A DNA stretch of 64,000 bases from positions 6,696,001-6,760,000 of the forward strand of contig CM102284.1 in the NCBI GenBank assembly GCA_046563655.1, given 5' to 3'. The position numbers and the translations under genes were made by a program. Under the pieces are notes generated by a model. The model made no database searches. It was not told the DNA's origin and saw only the letters and a program-made list of their open reading frames with translations. Shown here piece by piece: positions 1 through 15,000 of the stretch. Within the stretch, counting starts at the first letter, position 1; each line of letters starts with the position of its first letter. The stretch comes from Yuukianura sp. NJ FZ-2021 (lineage: Eukaryota).

Positions 1-3000
1 ATCTTTTTTCCAATGGAAAATCTTTTTTCCAATGGAAAATCTATTTTCCAATGGAAAATCTATTTTCCAATGGAAAATCTATTTTCCAATGGAAAATCTA
101 TTTTCCAATGGAAAATGGAAAATCTTTTTTCCAATGGAAAATCTATTTTCCAATGGAAAATGGAAAATCTCAATGGAAAATCTTTTTTCAATGGAAAATC
201 TTTTTCCAATGGAAAATCTTTTTCCAATGGAAAATTTATTTTCCAATGGAAAATTTATTTTCCAATGGAAAATCTTTTTCCAATGGAAAATCTTTTTCCA
301 ATGGAAAATCTTTTTCCAATGGAAAATCTTTTTCCAATGGAAAATCTTTTTTCCAATGGAAAATTTATTTTCCAATGGAAAATCTTTTTTCCAATGGAAA
401 ATTTATTTTCCAATGGAAAATCTATTTTCCAATGGAAAATCTTTTTTCCAATGGAAAATATATTTTCCAATGGAAAATCTTTTTTCCAATGGAAAATCTT
501 TTTTCAATGGAAAATCTTTTTTCCAATGGAAAAGCTTTTTCCAATGGAAAATTTATTTTCCAATGGAAAATTTATTTTCCAATGGAAAATCTTTTTTCCA
601 ATGGAAAATCTATTTTCCAATGGAAAATCTATTTTCCAATGGAAAATCTATTTTCCAATGGAAAATCTATTTTCCAATGGAAAATCTATTTTCCAATGGA
701 AAATCTTTTTCCAATGGAAAATCTTTTTCCAATGGAAAATCTATTTTCCAACGGAAAATCTTTTTCCAATGGAAAATCTTTTTCCAATGGAAAATTTATT
801 TTTCAATGGAAAATCTATTTTCCAATGGAAAATCTATTTTCCAATGGAAAATCTATTTTCCAATGGAAAATCTATTTTCCAATGGAAAATGGAAAATCTT
901 TTTTCCAATGGAAAATCTATTTTCCAATGGAAAATCTATTTTCCAATGGAAAATCTATTTTCCAATGGAAAATCTTTTTTCCAATGGAAAATGGAAAATC
1001 TTTTTTCCAATGGAAAATCTATTTTCCAATGGAAAATCTATTTTCCAATGGAAAATCTATTTTCCAATGGAAAATCTATTTTCCAATGGAAAATCTATTT
1101 TCCAATGGAAAATCTATTTTCCAATGGAAAATCTATTTTCCAATGGAAAATCTATTTTCCAATGGAAAATGGAAAATCTTTTTTCCAATGGAAAATCTAT
1201 TTTCCAATGGAAAATCTTTTTCCAATGGAAAATCTTATTTTCCAATGGAAAATTTATTTTCCAATGGAAAATCTTTTTTCCAATGGAAAATCTTTTTCCA
1301 ATGGAAAATCTTTTTTCCAATGGAAAATCTATTTTCCAATGGAAAATCTATTTTCCAATGGAAAATCTATTTTCCAATGGAAAATCTATTTTCCAATGGA
1401 AAATCTATTTTCCAATGGAAAATCTATTTTCCAATGGAAAATCTATTTTCCAATGGAAAATCTATTTTCCAATGGAAAATCTATTTTCCAATGGAAAATC
1501 TATTTTCCAATGGAAAATCTATTTTCCAATGGAAAATCTATTTTCCAATGGAAAATCTATTTTCCAATGGAAAATCTTTTTCCAATGGAAAATCTATTTT
1601 CCAATGGAAAATCTTTTTTCCAATGGAAAATCTTTTTTCCAATGGAAAATCTATTTTCCAATGGAAAATCTATTTTCCAATGGAAAATCTATTTTCCAAT
1701 GGAAAATCTTTTTTCCAATGGAAAATCTTTTTTCCAATGGAAAATCTATTTTCCAATGGAAAATCTTTTTTCCAATGGAAAATCTATTTTCCAATGGAAA
1801 ATCTTTTTTCCAATGGAAAATCTTTTTCCAATGGAAAATCTTTTTCCAATGGAAAATCGTTTTCCAATGGAAAATCTTTTTCCAATGGAAAATCTATTTT
1901 CCAATGGAAAATCTATTTTCCAATGGAAAATCTATTTTCCAATGGAAAATCTATTTTCCAATGGAAAATCTTTTTTCCAATGGAAAATCTATTTTCCAAT
2001 GGAAAATCTATTTTCCAATGGAAAATCTATTTTCCAATGGAAAATCTATTTTCCAATGGAAAATCTATTTTCCAATGGAAAATCTATTTTCCAATGGAAA
2101 ATCTTTTTCCAATGGAAAATCTATTTTCCAATGGAAAATCTATTTTCCAATGGAAAATCTTTTTCCAATGGAAAATCTATTTTCCAATGGAAAATCTATT
2201 TTCCAATGGAAAATCTATTTTCCAATGGAAAATCTATTTTCCAATGGAAAATCTATTTTCCAATGGAAAATCTATTTTCCAATGGAAAATCTATTTTCCA
2301 ATGGAAAATCTATTTTCCAATGGAAAATCTATTTTCCAATGGAAAATCTATTTTCCAATGGAAAATCTATTTTCCAATGGAAAATCTATTTTCCAATGGA
2401 AAATCTATTTTCCAATGGAAAATCTTTTTTCCAATGGAAAATCTTTTTTCCAATGGGGAAAATCTTTTTTCCAATGGAAAATCTATTTTCCAATGGAAAA
2501 TCTATTTTCCAATGGAAAATCTTTTTTCCAATGGAAAATCTTTTTTCCAATGGAAAATCTTTTTTCCAATGGAAAATTTATTTTCCAATGGAAAATCTTT
2601 TTCCAATGGAAAATTTATTTTCCAATGGAAAATCTTTTTCCAATGGAAAATCTTTTTCCAATGGAAAATCTTTTTTCCAATGGAAAATCTTTTTTCCAAT
2701 GGAAAATCTATTTTCCAATGGAAAATCTATTTTCCAATGGAAAATCTATTTTCCAATGGAAAATCTATTTTCCAATGGAAAATCTATTTTCCAATGGAAA
2801 ATCTTTTTTCCAATGGAAAATCTATTTTCCAATGGAAAATCTATTTTCCAATGGAAAATCTATTTTCCAATGGAAAATCTATTTTCCAATGGAAAATCTA
2901 TTTTCCAATGGAAAATCTTTTTTCCAATGGAAAATCTATTTTCCAATGGAAAATCTTTTTTCCAATGGAAAATCTTTTTTCCAATGGAAAATCTATTTTC

Positions 3001-6000
3001 CAATGGAAAATCTATTTTCCAATGGAAAATTTTCTTTCCAATGGAAAATGGAAAATCTTTTTTCCAATGGAAAATCTATTTTCCAAATGGAAAATCTATT
3101 TTCCAATGGAAAATCTATTTTCCAATGGAAAATCTATTTTCCTATGGAAAATCTATTTTCCAATGGAAAATCTATTTTCCAATGGAAAATTTTCTTTCCA
3201 ATGGAAAATCTATTTTCCAATGGAAAATCTATTTTCCAATGGAAAATCTTTTTTCCAATGGAAAATGGAAAATCTTTTTTCCAATGGAAAATCTATTTTC
3301 CAATGGAAAATCTTTCTTCCAGTGGAAAATGGAAAATCTTTTTTCCAATGGAAAATCTATTTTCCAATGGAAAATCTATTTTCCAATGGAAAATCTATTT
3401 TCCAATGGAAAATCTATTTTCCAATGGAAAATCTATTTTCCAATGGAAAATCTATTTTCCAATGGAAAATCTATTTTCCAATGGAAAATCTATTTTCCAA
3501 TGGAAAATCTATTTTCCAATGGAAAATCTATTTTCCAATGGAAAATCTATTTTCCAATGGAAAATCTATTTTCCAATGGAAAATCTATTTTCCAATGGAA
3601 AATCTATTTTCCAATGGAAAATCTATTTTCCAATGGAAAATCTATTTTCCAATGGAAAATCTATTTTCCAATGGAAAATCTATTTTCCAATGGAAAATCT
3701 ATTTTCCAATGGAAAATCTATTTTCCAATGGAAAATCTATTTTCCAATGGAAAATCTATTTTCCAATGGAAAATCTATTTTCCAATGGAAAATCTATTTT
3801 CCAATGGAAAATCTATTTTCCAATGGAAAATCTATTTTCCAATGGAAAATCTATTTTCCAATGGAAAATCTATTTTCCAATGGAAAATCTATTTTCCAAT
3901 GGAAAATCTTTTTCCAATGGAAAATCTTTTTTCCAATGGAAAATCTATTTTCCAATGGAAAATCTATTTTCCAATGGAAAATCTTTCTTTCCAATGGAAA
4001 ATCTATTTTCCAATGGAAAATCTATTTTCCAATGGAAAATCTATTTTCCAATGGAAAATCTATTTTCCAATGGAAAATTTTCTTTCCAATGGAAATTTTC
4101 CAATGGAAAATCTTTTTCCAATGGAAACAATGGAAAATCTTTTTTCCAATGGAAAATCTATTTTCCAATGGAAAATTTTCTTTCCAATGGAAAATCTTTT
4201 TTCCAATGGAAAATCTTTTTTCCAATGGAAAATCTTTTTTCCAATGGAAAATCTATTTTCCAATGGAAAATCTATTTTCCAATGGAAAATCTATTTTCCA
4301 ATGGAAAATTTTCTTTCCAATGGAAAATCTATTTTCCAATGGAAAATCTATTTTCCAATGGAAAATCTATTTTCCAATGGAAAATCTATTTTCCAATGGA
4401 AAATTTATTTTCCAATGGAAAATCTTTTTTCCAATGGAAAATGGAAAATCTTTTTTCCAATGGAAAATCTATTTTCCAATGGAAAATCTATTTTCCAATG
4501 GAAAATCTTTTTTCCAATGGAAAATGGAAAATCTTTTTTCCAATGGAAAATCTATTTTCCAATGGAAAATCTATTTTCCAATGGAAAATCTATTTTCCAA
4601 TGGAAAATCTATTTTCCAATGGAAAATCTATTTTCCAATGGAAAATCTATTTTCCAATGGAAAATGGAAAATCTTTTTTCCAATGGAAAATCTATTTTCC
4701 AATGGAAAATGGAAAATCTATTTTCCAATGGAAAATCTATTTTCCAATGGAAAATCTTTTTTCCAATGGAAAATCTATTTTCCAATGGAAAATCTATTTT
4801 CCAATGGAAAATCTTTTTTCCAATGGAAAATCATTTTTCCAATGGAAAATCTATTTTCCAATGGAAAATCTTTTTCCAATGGAAAATCATTTTTCCAATG
4901 GAAAATCTATTTTCCAATGGAAAATCTATTTTCCAATGGAAAATCTTTTTCCAATGGAAAATCTATTTTCCAATGGAAAATCTTTTTCCAATGGAAAATC
5001 TTTTTTCCAATGGAAAATTTATTTTCCAATGGAAAATCTATCGTCCGATGGAAAATCTTCTTTTCCAATGGAAAATCTATTTTCCAATGGAAAATCAATT
5101 TTCCAATGGAAAATCTATTTTCCAATGGAAAATCTATTTTCCAATGGAAAATGTATTTTCCAATGGAAAATCTTTTTCCAATGGAAAATGGAAAATCTTT
5201 TTTCCAATGGAAAATCTATTTTCCAATGGAAAATCTATTTTCCAATGGAAAATCTTTTTTCCAATGGAAAATCTATTTTCCAATGGAAAATCTATTTTCC
5301 AATGGAAAATCTTTTTCCAATGGAAAATCTTTTTCCAATGGAAAATCTATTTTCCAATGGAAAATCTATTTTCCAATGGAAAATCTATTTTCCAATGGAA
5401 AATCTATTTTCCAATGGAAAATCTATTTTCCAATGGAAAATCTATTTTCCAATGGAAAATCTATTTTCCAATGGAAAATCTTTTTTCCTATGGAAAATGG
5501 AAAATCTTTTTTCCAATGGAAAATCTATTTTCCAATGGAAAATCTTTTTTCCAATGGAAAATCTTTTTCCAATGGAAAATCTTTTTCCAATGGAAAATCT
5601 TTTTTCAATGGAAAATCTATTTTCCAATGGAAAATCTATTTTTCAATGGAAAATCTATTTTCCAATGGAAAATCTATTTTCCAATGGAAAATCTATTTTC
5701 CAATGGAAAATCTATTTTCCAATGGAAAATCTATTTTCCAATGGAAAATCTATTTTCCAATGGAAAATCTATTTTCCAATGGAAAATCTATTTTCCAATG
5801 GAAAATCTATTTTCCAATGGAAAATCTATTTTCCAATGGAAAATCTATTTTCCAATGGAAAATCTATTTTCCAATGGAAAATCTTTTTTCCAATGGAAAA
5901 TCTATTTTCCAATGGAAAATCTATTTTCCAATGGAAAATCTATTTTCCAATGGAAAATCTTATTTCCAATGGAAAATCTTTTTCCAATGGAAAATCTATT

Positions 6001-9000
6001 TTCCAATGGAAAATCTATTTTCCAATGGAAAATCTTTTTTCCAATGGAAAATCTTTTTTCCAATGGAAAATCTATTTTCCAATGGAAAATCTATTTTCCA
6101 ATGGAAAATCTTTTTTCCAATGGAAAATCTATTTTCCAATGGAAAATCTATTTTCCAATGGAAAATCTATTTTCCAATGGAAAATCTTTTTTCCAATGGA
6201 AAATCTATTTTCCAATGGAAAATCTATTTTCCAATGGAAAATCTCTTTTCCAATGGAAAATCTATTTTCCAATGGAAAATCTATTTTCCAATGGAAAATC
6301 TATTTTCCAATGGAAAATCTTTTTCCAATGGAAAATCTTTTTCCAATGGAAAATCTTTTTCCAATGGAAAATCTATTTTCCAATGGAAAATCTATTTTCC
6401 AATGGAAAATCTTTTTTCCAATGGAAAATCTATTTTCCAATGGAAAATTTATTTTCCAATGGAAAATTTATTTTCCAATGGAAAATTTATTTTCCAATGG
6501 AAAATCTTTTTCCAATGGAAAATCTTTTTCCAATGGAAAATCTTTTTCCAATGGAAAATTTATTTTCCAATGGAAAATTTATTTTCCAATGGAAAATCTA
6601 TTTTCCAATGGAAAATCTATTTTCCAATGGAAAATCTTATTTCCAATGGAAAATGGAAAATCTATTTTCCAATGGAAAATCTATTTTCCAATGGAAAATC
6701 TATTTTCCAATGGAAAATCTATTTTCCAATGGAAAATCTATTTTCCAATGGAAAATCTATTTTCCAATGGAAAATCTATTTTCCAATGGAAAATCTTTTT
6801 TCCAATGGAAAATCTTTTTCCAATGGAAAATCTTTTTCCAATGGAAAATTTATTTTCCAATGGAAAATCTTTTTCCAATGGAAAATCTATTTTCCAATGG
6901 AAAATCTATTTTCCAATGGAAAATCTATTTTCCAATGGAAAATCTATTTTCCAATGGAAAATCTATTTTCCAATGGAAAATCTATTTTCCAATGGAAAAT
7001 CTTTTTTCCAATGGAAAATCTATTTTCCAATGGAAAATCTATTTTCCAATGGAAAATCTATTTTCCAATGGAAAATTTTTTTCCAATGGAAAATCTATTT
7101 TCCAATGGAAAATCTATTTTCCAATGGAAAATCTATTTTCCAATGGAAAATCTATTTTCCAATGGAAAATCTATTTTCCAATGGAAAATCTATTTTCCAA
7201 TGGAAAATCTATTTTCCAATGGAAAATCTATTTTCCAATGGAAAATCTATTTTCCAATGGAAAATCTATTTTCCAATGGAAAATCTATTTTCCAATGGAA
7301 AATCTATTTTCCAATGGAAAATCTATTTTCCAATGGAAAATCTATTTTCCAATGGAAAATCTATTTTCCAATGGAAAATCTATTTTCCAATGGAAAATCT
7401 ATTTTCCAATGGAAAATCTATTTTCCAATGGAAAATCTATTTTCCAATGGAAAATCTTTTTTCCAATGGAAAATCTTATTTCCAATGGAAAATCTATTTT
7501 CCAATGGAAAATCTTTTTTCCAATGGAAAATCTATTTTCCAATGGAAAATTTTCTTTCCAATGGAAATTTTCCAATGGAAAATCTTTTTTCCAATGGAAA
7601 ATCTTTTTCCCAATGGAAAATCTATTTTCCAATGGAAAATCTTTTTTCCAATGGAAAATCTTTTTCCCAATGGAAAATCTATTTTCCAATGGAAAATCTT
7701 TTTTCCAATGGAAAATCTTTTTTCCAATGGAAAATCTATTTTCCAATGGAAAATTTTCTTTCCAATGGAAAATTTTTTTTCCAATGGAAAATTTTCCAAT
7801 GGAAAATGGAAAATCTTTTTTCCAATGGAAAATCTATTTTCCAATGGAAAATCTATTTTCCAATGGAAAATCTATTTTCCATTGGAAAATCTATTTTCCA
7901 ATGGAAAATCTATTTTCCAATGGAAAATCTTTTTTCCAATGGAAAATCTATTTTCCAATGGAAAATCTATTTTCCAATGGAAAATCTATTTTCCAATGGA
8001 AAATCTATTTTCCAATGGAAAATCTATTTTCCAATGGAAAATCTATTTTCCAATGGAAAATCTATTTTCCAATGGAAAATCTATTTTCCAATGGAAAATC
8101 TATTTTCCAATGGAAAATCTATTTTCCAATGGAAAATCTATTTTCCAATGGAAAATCTATTTTCCAATGGAAAATCTATTTTCCAATGGAAAATCTATTT
8201 TCCAATGGAAAATCTATTTTCCAATGGAAAATCTATTTTCCAATGGAAAATCTATTTTCCAATGGAAAATCTATTTTCCAATGGAAAATCTATTTTCCAA
8301 TGGAAAATCTATTTTCCAATGGAAAATCTATTTTCCAATGGAAAATCTATTTTCCAATGGAAAATCTATTTTCCAATGGAAAATCTATTTTCCAATGGAA
8401 AATCTATTTTCCAATGGAAAATCTATTTTCCAATGGAAAATCTATTTTCCAATGGAAAATCTTTTTCCAATGGAAAATCTTTTTCCAATGGAAAATAGAT
8501 TTTCCATTGGAAAATCTATTTTCCAATGGAAAATCTATTTTCCAATGGAAAATCTATTTTCCAATGGAAAATCTATTTTCCAATGGAAAATCTATTTTCC
8601 AATGGAAAATCTTTTTCCAATGGAAAATCTTTTTCCAATGGAAAACCTTTTTCCAATGGAAAATCTTTTTCCAATGGAAAATCTTTTTTCCAATGGAAAA
8701 TCTTTTTTCCAATGGAAAATCTTTTTTCCAATGGAAAATCTTTTTCCAATGGAAAATCTATTTTCCAACGGAAAATTTTTTTCCAATGGAAAATCTTTTT
8801 CCAATGGAAAATAGATTTTCCAATGGAAAATCTATTTTCCAATGGAAAATCTTTTTCCAATGGAAAATTTATTTTCCAATGGAAAATCTTTTTTCCAATG
8901 GAAAATCTTTTTTCCAATGGAAAATCTTTTTTCCAATGGAAAATCTATTTTCCAATGGAAAATCTATTTTCCAATGGAAAATTTATTTTCCAATGGAAAA

Positions 9001-12000
9001 TCTTTTTTCCAATGGAAAATGGAAAATCTTTTTTCCAATGGAAAATCTATTTTCCAATGGAAAATCTATTTTCCAATGGAAAATCTTTTTTCCAATGGAA
9101 AATGGAAAATCTTTTTTCCAATGGAAAATCTATTTTCCAATGGAAAATCTATTTTCCAATGGAAAATCTATTTTCCAATGGAAAATCTATTTTCCAATGG
9201 AAAATCTATTTTCCAATGGAAAATCTATTTTCCAATGGAAAATCTATTTTCCAATGGAAAATCTATTTTCCATTGGAAAATCTATTTTCCAATGGAAAAT
9301 CTATTTTCCAATGGAAAATCTATTTTCCAATGGAAAATCTATTTTCCAATGGAAAATCTATTTTCCAATGGAAAATCTATTTTCCAATGGAAAATCCTTT
9401 TTCCAATGGAAAATCTATTTTCCAATGGAAAATCCTTTATCCAATGGAAAATCTATTTTCCAATGGAAAATCTATTTTCCAATGGAAAATCTATTTTCCA
9501 ATGGAAAATCTATTTTCCAATGGAAAATCTATTTTCCAATGGAAAATCTATTTTCCAATGGAAAATCTATTTTCCAATGGAAAATCTATTTTCCAATGGA
9601 AAATCTATTTTCCAATGGAAAATCTTTTTTCCAATGGAAAATCTATTTTCCAATGGAAAATCTATTTTCCAATGGAAAATCTATTTTCCAATGGAAAATC
9701 TATTTTCCAATGGAAAATCTTTTTTCCAATGGAAAATGGAAAATCTTTTTTCCAATGGAAAATCTATTTTCCAATGGAAAATCTATTTTCCAATGGAAAA
9801 TCTTTTTTCCAATGGAAAATGGAAAATCTTTTTTCCAATGGAAAATCTATTTTCCAATGGAAAATCTATTTTCCAATGGAAAATCTATTTTCCAATGGAA
9901 AATCTATTTTCCAATGGAAAATCTATTTTCCAATGGAAAATCTATTTTCCAATGGAAAATCTATTTTCCAATGGAAAATCTATTTTCCAATGGAAAATCT
10001 ATTTTCCAATGGAAAATCTATTTTCCAATGGAAAATCTATTTTCCAATGGAAAATCTTTTTTCCAATGGAAAATCTATTTTCCAATGGAAAATCTTTTTC
10101 CAATGGAAAATCTTTTTCCAATGGAAAATCTATTTTCCAATGGAAAATCTATTTTCCAATGGAAAATCTATTTTCCAATGGAAAATCTATTTTCCAATGG
10201 AAAATCTATTTTCCAATGGAAAATCTATTTTCCAATGGAAAATCTATTTTCCAATGGAAAATCTATTTTCCAATGGAAAATCTATTTTCCAATGGAAAAT
10301 CTATTTTCCAATGGAAAATCTATTTTCCAATGGAAAATCTATTTTCCAATGGAAAATCTATTTTCCAATGGAAAATCTATTTTCCAATGGAAAATCTATT
10401 TTCCAATGGAAAATCTATTTTCCAATGGAAAATCTATTTTCCAATGGAAAATCTATTTTCCAATGGAAAATCTATTTTCCAATGGAAAATCTTTTTTCCA
10501 ATGGAAAATCTATTTTCCAATGGAAAATCTTTTTTCCAATGGAAAATCTTTTTTCCAATGGAAAATCTATTTTCCAATGGAAAATCTATTTTCCAATGGA
10601 AAATCTATTTTCCAATGGAAAATCTATTTTCCAATGGAAAATCTTTTTTCCAATGGAAAATCTATTTTCCAATGGAAAATCTATTTTCCAATGGAAAATC
10701 TATTTTCCAATGGAAAATCTATTTTCCAATGGAAAATCTATTTTCCAATGGAAAATCTATTTTCCAATGGAAAATCTATTTTCCAATGGAAAATCTATTT
10801 TCCAATGGAAAATCTATTTTCCAATGGAAAATCTATTTTCCAATGGAAAATCTATTTTCCAATGGAAAATCTTTTTTCCAATGGAAAATCTATTTTCCAA
10901 TGGAAAATCTTTTTTCCAATGGAAAATCTATTTTCCAATGGAAAATCTATTTTCCAATGGAAAATCTATTTTCCAATGGAAAATCTTTTTCCAATGGAAA
11001 ATCTTTTTCCAATGGAAAATCTTTTTTCCAATGGAAAATTTATTTTCCAATGGAAAATCTTTTTCCAATGGAAAATTTATTTTCCAATGGAAAATCTTTT
11101 TCCAATGGAAAACTTATTTTCCAATGGAAAATCTATTTTCCAATGGAAAATCTATTTTCCAATGGAAAATCTATTTTCCAATGGAAAATCTATTTTCCAA
11201 TGGAAAATCTATTTTCCAATGGAAAATCTATTTTCCAATGGAAAATTTTTTTCCAATGGAAAATCTATTTTCCAATGGAAAATCTATTTTCCAATGGAAA
11301 ATCTATTTTCCAATGGAAAATCTTTTTTCCAATGGAAAATCTTTTTTCCAATGGAAAATCTATTTTCCAATGGAAAATCTATTTTCCAATGGAAAATCTA
11401 TTTTCCAATGGAAAATCTATTTTCCAATGGAAAATCTATTTTCCAATGGAAAATCTATTTTCCAATGGAAAATCTATTTTCCAATGGAAAATCTATTTTC
11501 CAATGGAAAATGTATTTTCCAATGGAAAATCTATTTTCCAATGGAAAATCTATTTTCCAATGGAAAATCTATTTTCCAATGGAAAATCTATTTTCCAATG
11601 GAAAATCCTTTTTCCAATGGAAAATCTATTTTCCAATGGAAAATCTATTTTCCAATGGAAAATCTTTTTTCCAATGGAAAATCTATTTTCCAATGGAAAA
11701 TCTATTTTCCAATGGAAAATCTATTTTCCAATGGAAAATCTATTTTCCAATGGAAAATCTATTTTCCAATGGAAAATCTATTTTCCAATGGAAAATCTAT
11801 TTTCCAATGGAAAATCTATTTTCCAATGGAAAATCTATTTTCCAATGGAAAATCTATTTTCCAATGGAAAATCTATTTTCCAATGGAAAATCTATTTTCC
11901 AATGGAAAATCTATTTTCCAATGGAAAATCTATTTTCCAATGGAAAATCTATTTTCCAATGGAAAATCTATTTTCCAATGGAAAATCTATTTTCCAATGG

Positions 12001-15000
12001 AAAATCTATTTTCCAATGGAAAATCTATTTTCCAATGGAAAATCTATTTTCCAATGGAAAATCTATTTTCCAATGGAAAATCTATTTTCCAATGGAAAAT
12101 CTATTTTCCAATGGAAAATCTATTTTCCAATGGAAAATCTATTTTCCAATGGAAAATCTATTTTCCAATGGAAAATCTATTTTCCAATGGAAAATCTTTT
12201 TTCCAATGGAAAATCTATTTTCCAATGGAAAATCTTTTTTCCAATGGAAAATCTATTTTCCAATGGAAAATCTTTTTTCCAATGGAAAATCTTTTTTCCA
12301 ATGGAAAATCTTTTTCCAATGGAAAATCTATTTTCCAATGGAAAATCTATTTTCCAATGGAAAATCTATTTTCCAATGGAAAATCTATTTTCCAATGGAA
12401 AATCTATTTTCCAATGGAAAATCCTTTTTCCAATGGAAAATCTATTTTCCAATGGAAAATCTATTTTCCAATGGAAAATCTATTTTCCAATGGAAAATCT
12501 ATTTTCCAATGGAAAATCTATTTTCCAATGGAAAATCTATTTTCCAATGGAAAATCTATTTTCCAATGGAAAATCTATTTTCCAATGGAAAATCTATTTT
12601 CCAATGGAAAATCTTTTTTCCAATGGAAAGTGTATTTTCCATTGGAAAATTTCTTTTCCATTGGAAAATTTCTTTTCCAATGGAAAATTTCTTTTCCATT
12701 GGAAAATTTCTTTTCCATTGGAAAATTTCTTTTCCATTGGAAAATTTCTTTTCCATTGGAAAATTTCTTTTCCATTGGAAAATTTCTTTTCCATTGGAAA
12801 CTTTCTTTTCCATTGGAAAATCTATTTTCCAATGGAAAATCTATTTTCCAATGGAAAATCTATTTTCCAATGGAAAATCTATTTTCCAATGGAAAATCTT
12901 TTTTCCAATGGAAAATCTTTTTTCCAATGGAAAATCTATTTTCCAATGGAAAATCTTTTTCCAATGGAAAATCTATTTTCCAATGGAAAATTTATTTTCC
13001 AATGGAAAATCTATTTTCCAATGGAAAATCTATTTTCCAATGGAAAATCTATTTTCCAATGGAAAATCTTTTTCCAATGGAAAATCTTTTTCCAATGGAA
13101 AATCTATTTTCCAATGGAAAATCTATTTTCCAATGGAAAATCTATTTTCCAATGGAAAATCTATTTTCCAATGGAAAATCTATTTTCCAATGGAAAATCT
13201 ATTTTCCAATGGAAAATCTATTTTCCAATGGAAAATCTTTTTTCCAATGGAAAATCTATTTTCCAATGGAAAATCTATTTTCCAATGGAAAATCTATTTT
13301 CCAATGGAAAATCTATTTTCCAATGGAAAATCTATTTTCCAATGGAAAATCTATTTTCCAATGGAAAATCTATTTTCCAATGGAAAATCTATTTTCCAAT
13401 GGAAAATCTATTTTCCAATGGAAAATCTATTTTCCAATGGAAAATCTATTTTCCAATGGAAAATCTATTTTCCAATGGAAAATCTATTTTCCAATGGAAA
13501 ATCTATTTTCCAATGGAAAATCTATTTTCCAATGGAAAATCTATTTTCCAATGGAAAATCTTTTTCCAATGGAAAATCTTTTTTCCAATGGAAAATCTAT
13601 TTTCCAATGGAAAATCTATTTTCCAATGGAAAATCTATTTTCCAATGGAAAATCTATTTTCCAATGGAAAATCTATTTTCCAATGGAAAATCTATTTTCC
13701 AATGGAAAATCTTTTTCCAATGGAAAATCTTTTTTCCAATGGAAAATCTATTTCGCAGTGGAAAAATTATTTTCCAATGGAAAAGCTATTTTCCAATGGA
13801 AAATCTAGTTTCCACTGGAAAAATTATTTTCCAATGGAAAATCTATTTTCCAATGGAAAATCTATTTTCCAATGGAAAATCTATTTTCCAATGGAAAATG
13901 TATTTTCCACTGGAAAATCTATTTTCCAATGGAAAATCTATTTTCCAATGGAAAATCTATTTTCCAATGGAAAATCTATTTTCCAATGGAAAATCTATTT
14001 TCCAATGGAAAATCTATTTTCCAATGGAAAATCTATTTTCCAATGGAAAATCTATTTTCCAATGGAAAATCTATTTTCCAATGGAAAATCTATTTTCCAA
14101 TGGAAAATCTATTTTCCAATGGAAAATCTATTTTCCAATGGAAAATCTATTTTCCAATGGAAAATCTATTTTCCAATGGAAAATCTATTTTCCAATGGAA
14201 AATCTATTTTCCAATGGAAAATCTATTTTCCAATGGAAAATCTATTTTCCAATGGAAAATCTTTTTTCCAATGGAAAATCTTTTTTCCAATGGAAAATTT
14301 CTTTTCCAATGGAAAATTTCTTTTCCATTGGAAAATCTTTTTTCCAATGGAAAATCTTTTTTCCAATGGAAAATCTATTTTCCAATGGAAAATCTTTTTT
14401 CCAACGGAAATTTTTTTCCAATGGAAAATCTATTTTCCAATGGAAAATCTATTTTCCAATGGAAAATCTATTTTCCAATGGAAAATCTATTTTCCAATGG
14501 AAAATCTATTTTCCAATGGAAAATCTATTTTCCAATGGAAAATCTATTTTCCAATGGAAAATCTATTTTCCAATGGAAAATCTATTTTCCAATGGAAAAT
14601 CTATTTTCCAATGGAAAATCTTTTTTCCAATGGAAAATCTTTTTTCCAATGGAAAATCTTTTTTCCAATGGAAAATCTATTTTCCAATGGAAAATCTTTT
14701 TTCCAATGGAAAATCTATTTTCCAATGGAAAATCTATTTTCCAATGGAAAATCTATTTTCCAATGGAAAATCTATTTTCCAATGGAAAATCTATTTTCCA
14801 ATGGAAAATCTATTTTCCAATGGAAAATCTATTTTCCAATGGAAAATCTATTTTCCAATGGAAAATCTATTTTCCAATGGAAAATCTATTTTCCAATGGA
14901 AAATCTATTTTCCAATGGAAAATCTATTTTCCAATGGAAAATCTTTTTCCAATGGAAAATCTATTTTCCAATGGAAAATCTATTTTCCAATGGAAAATCT

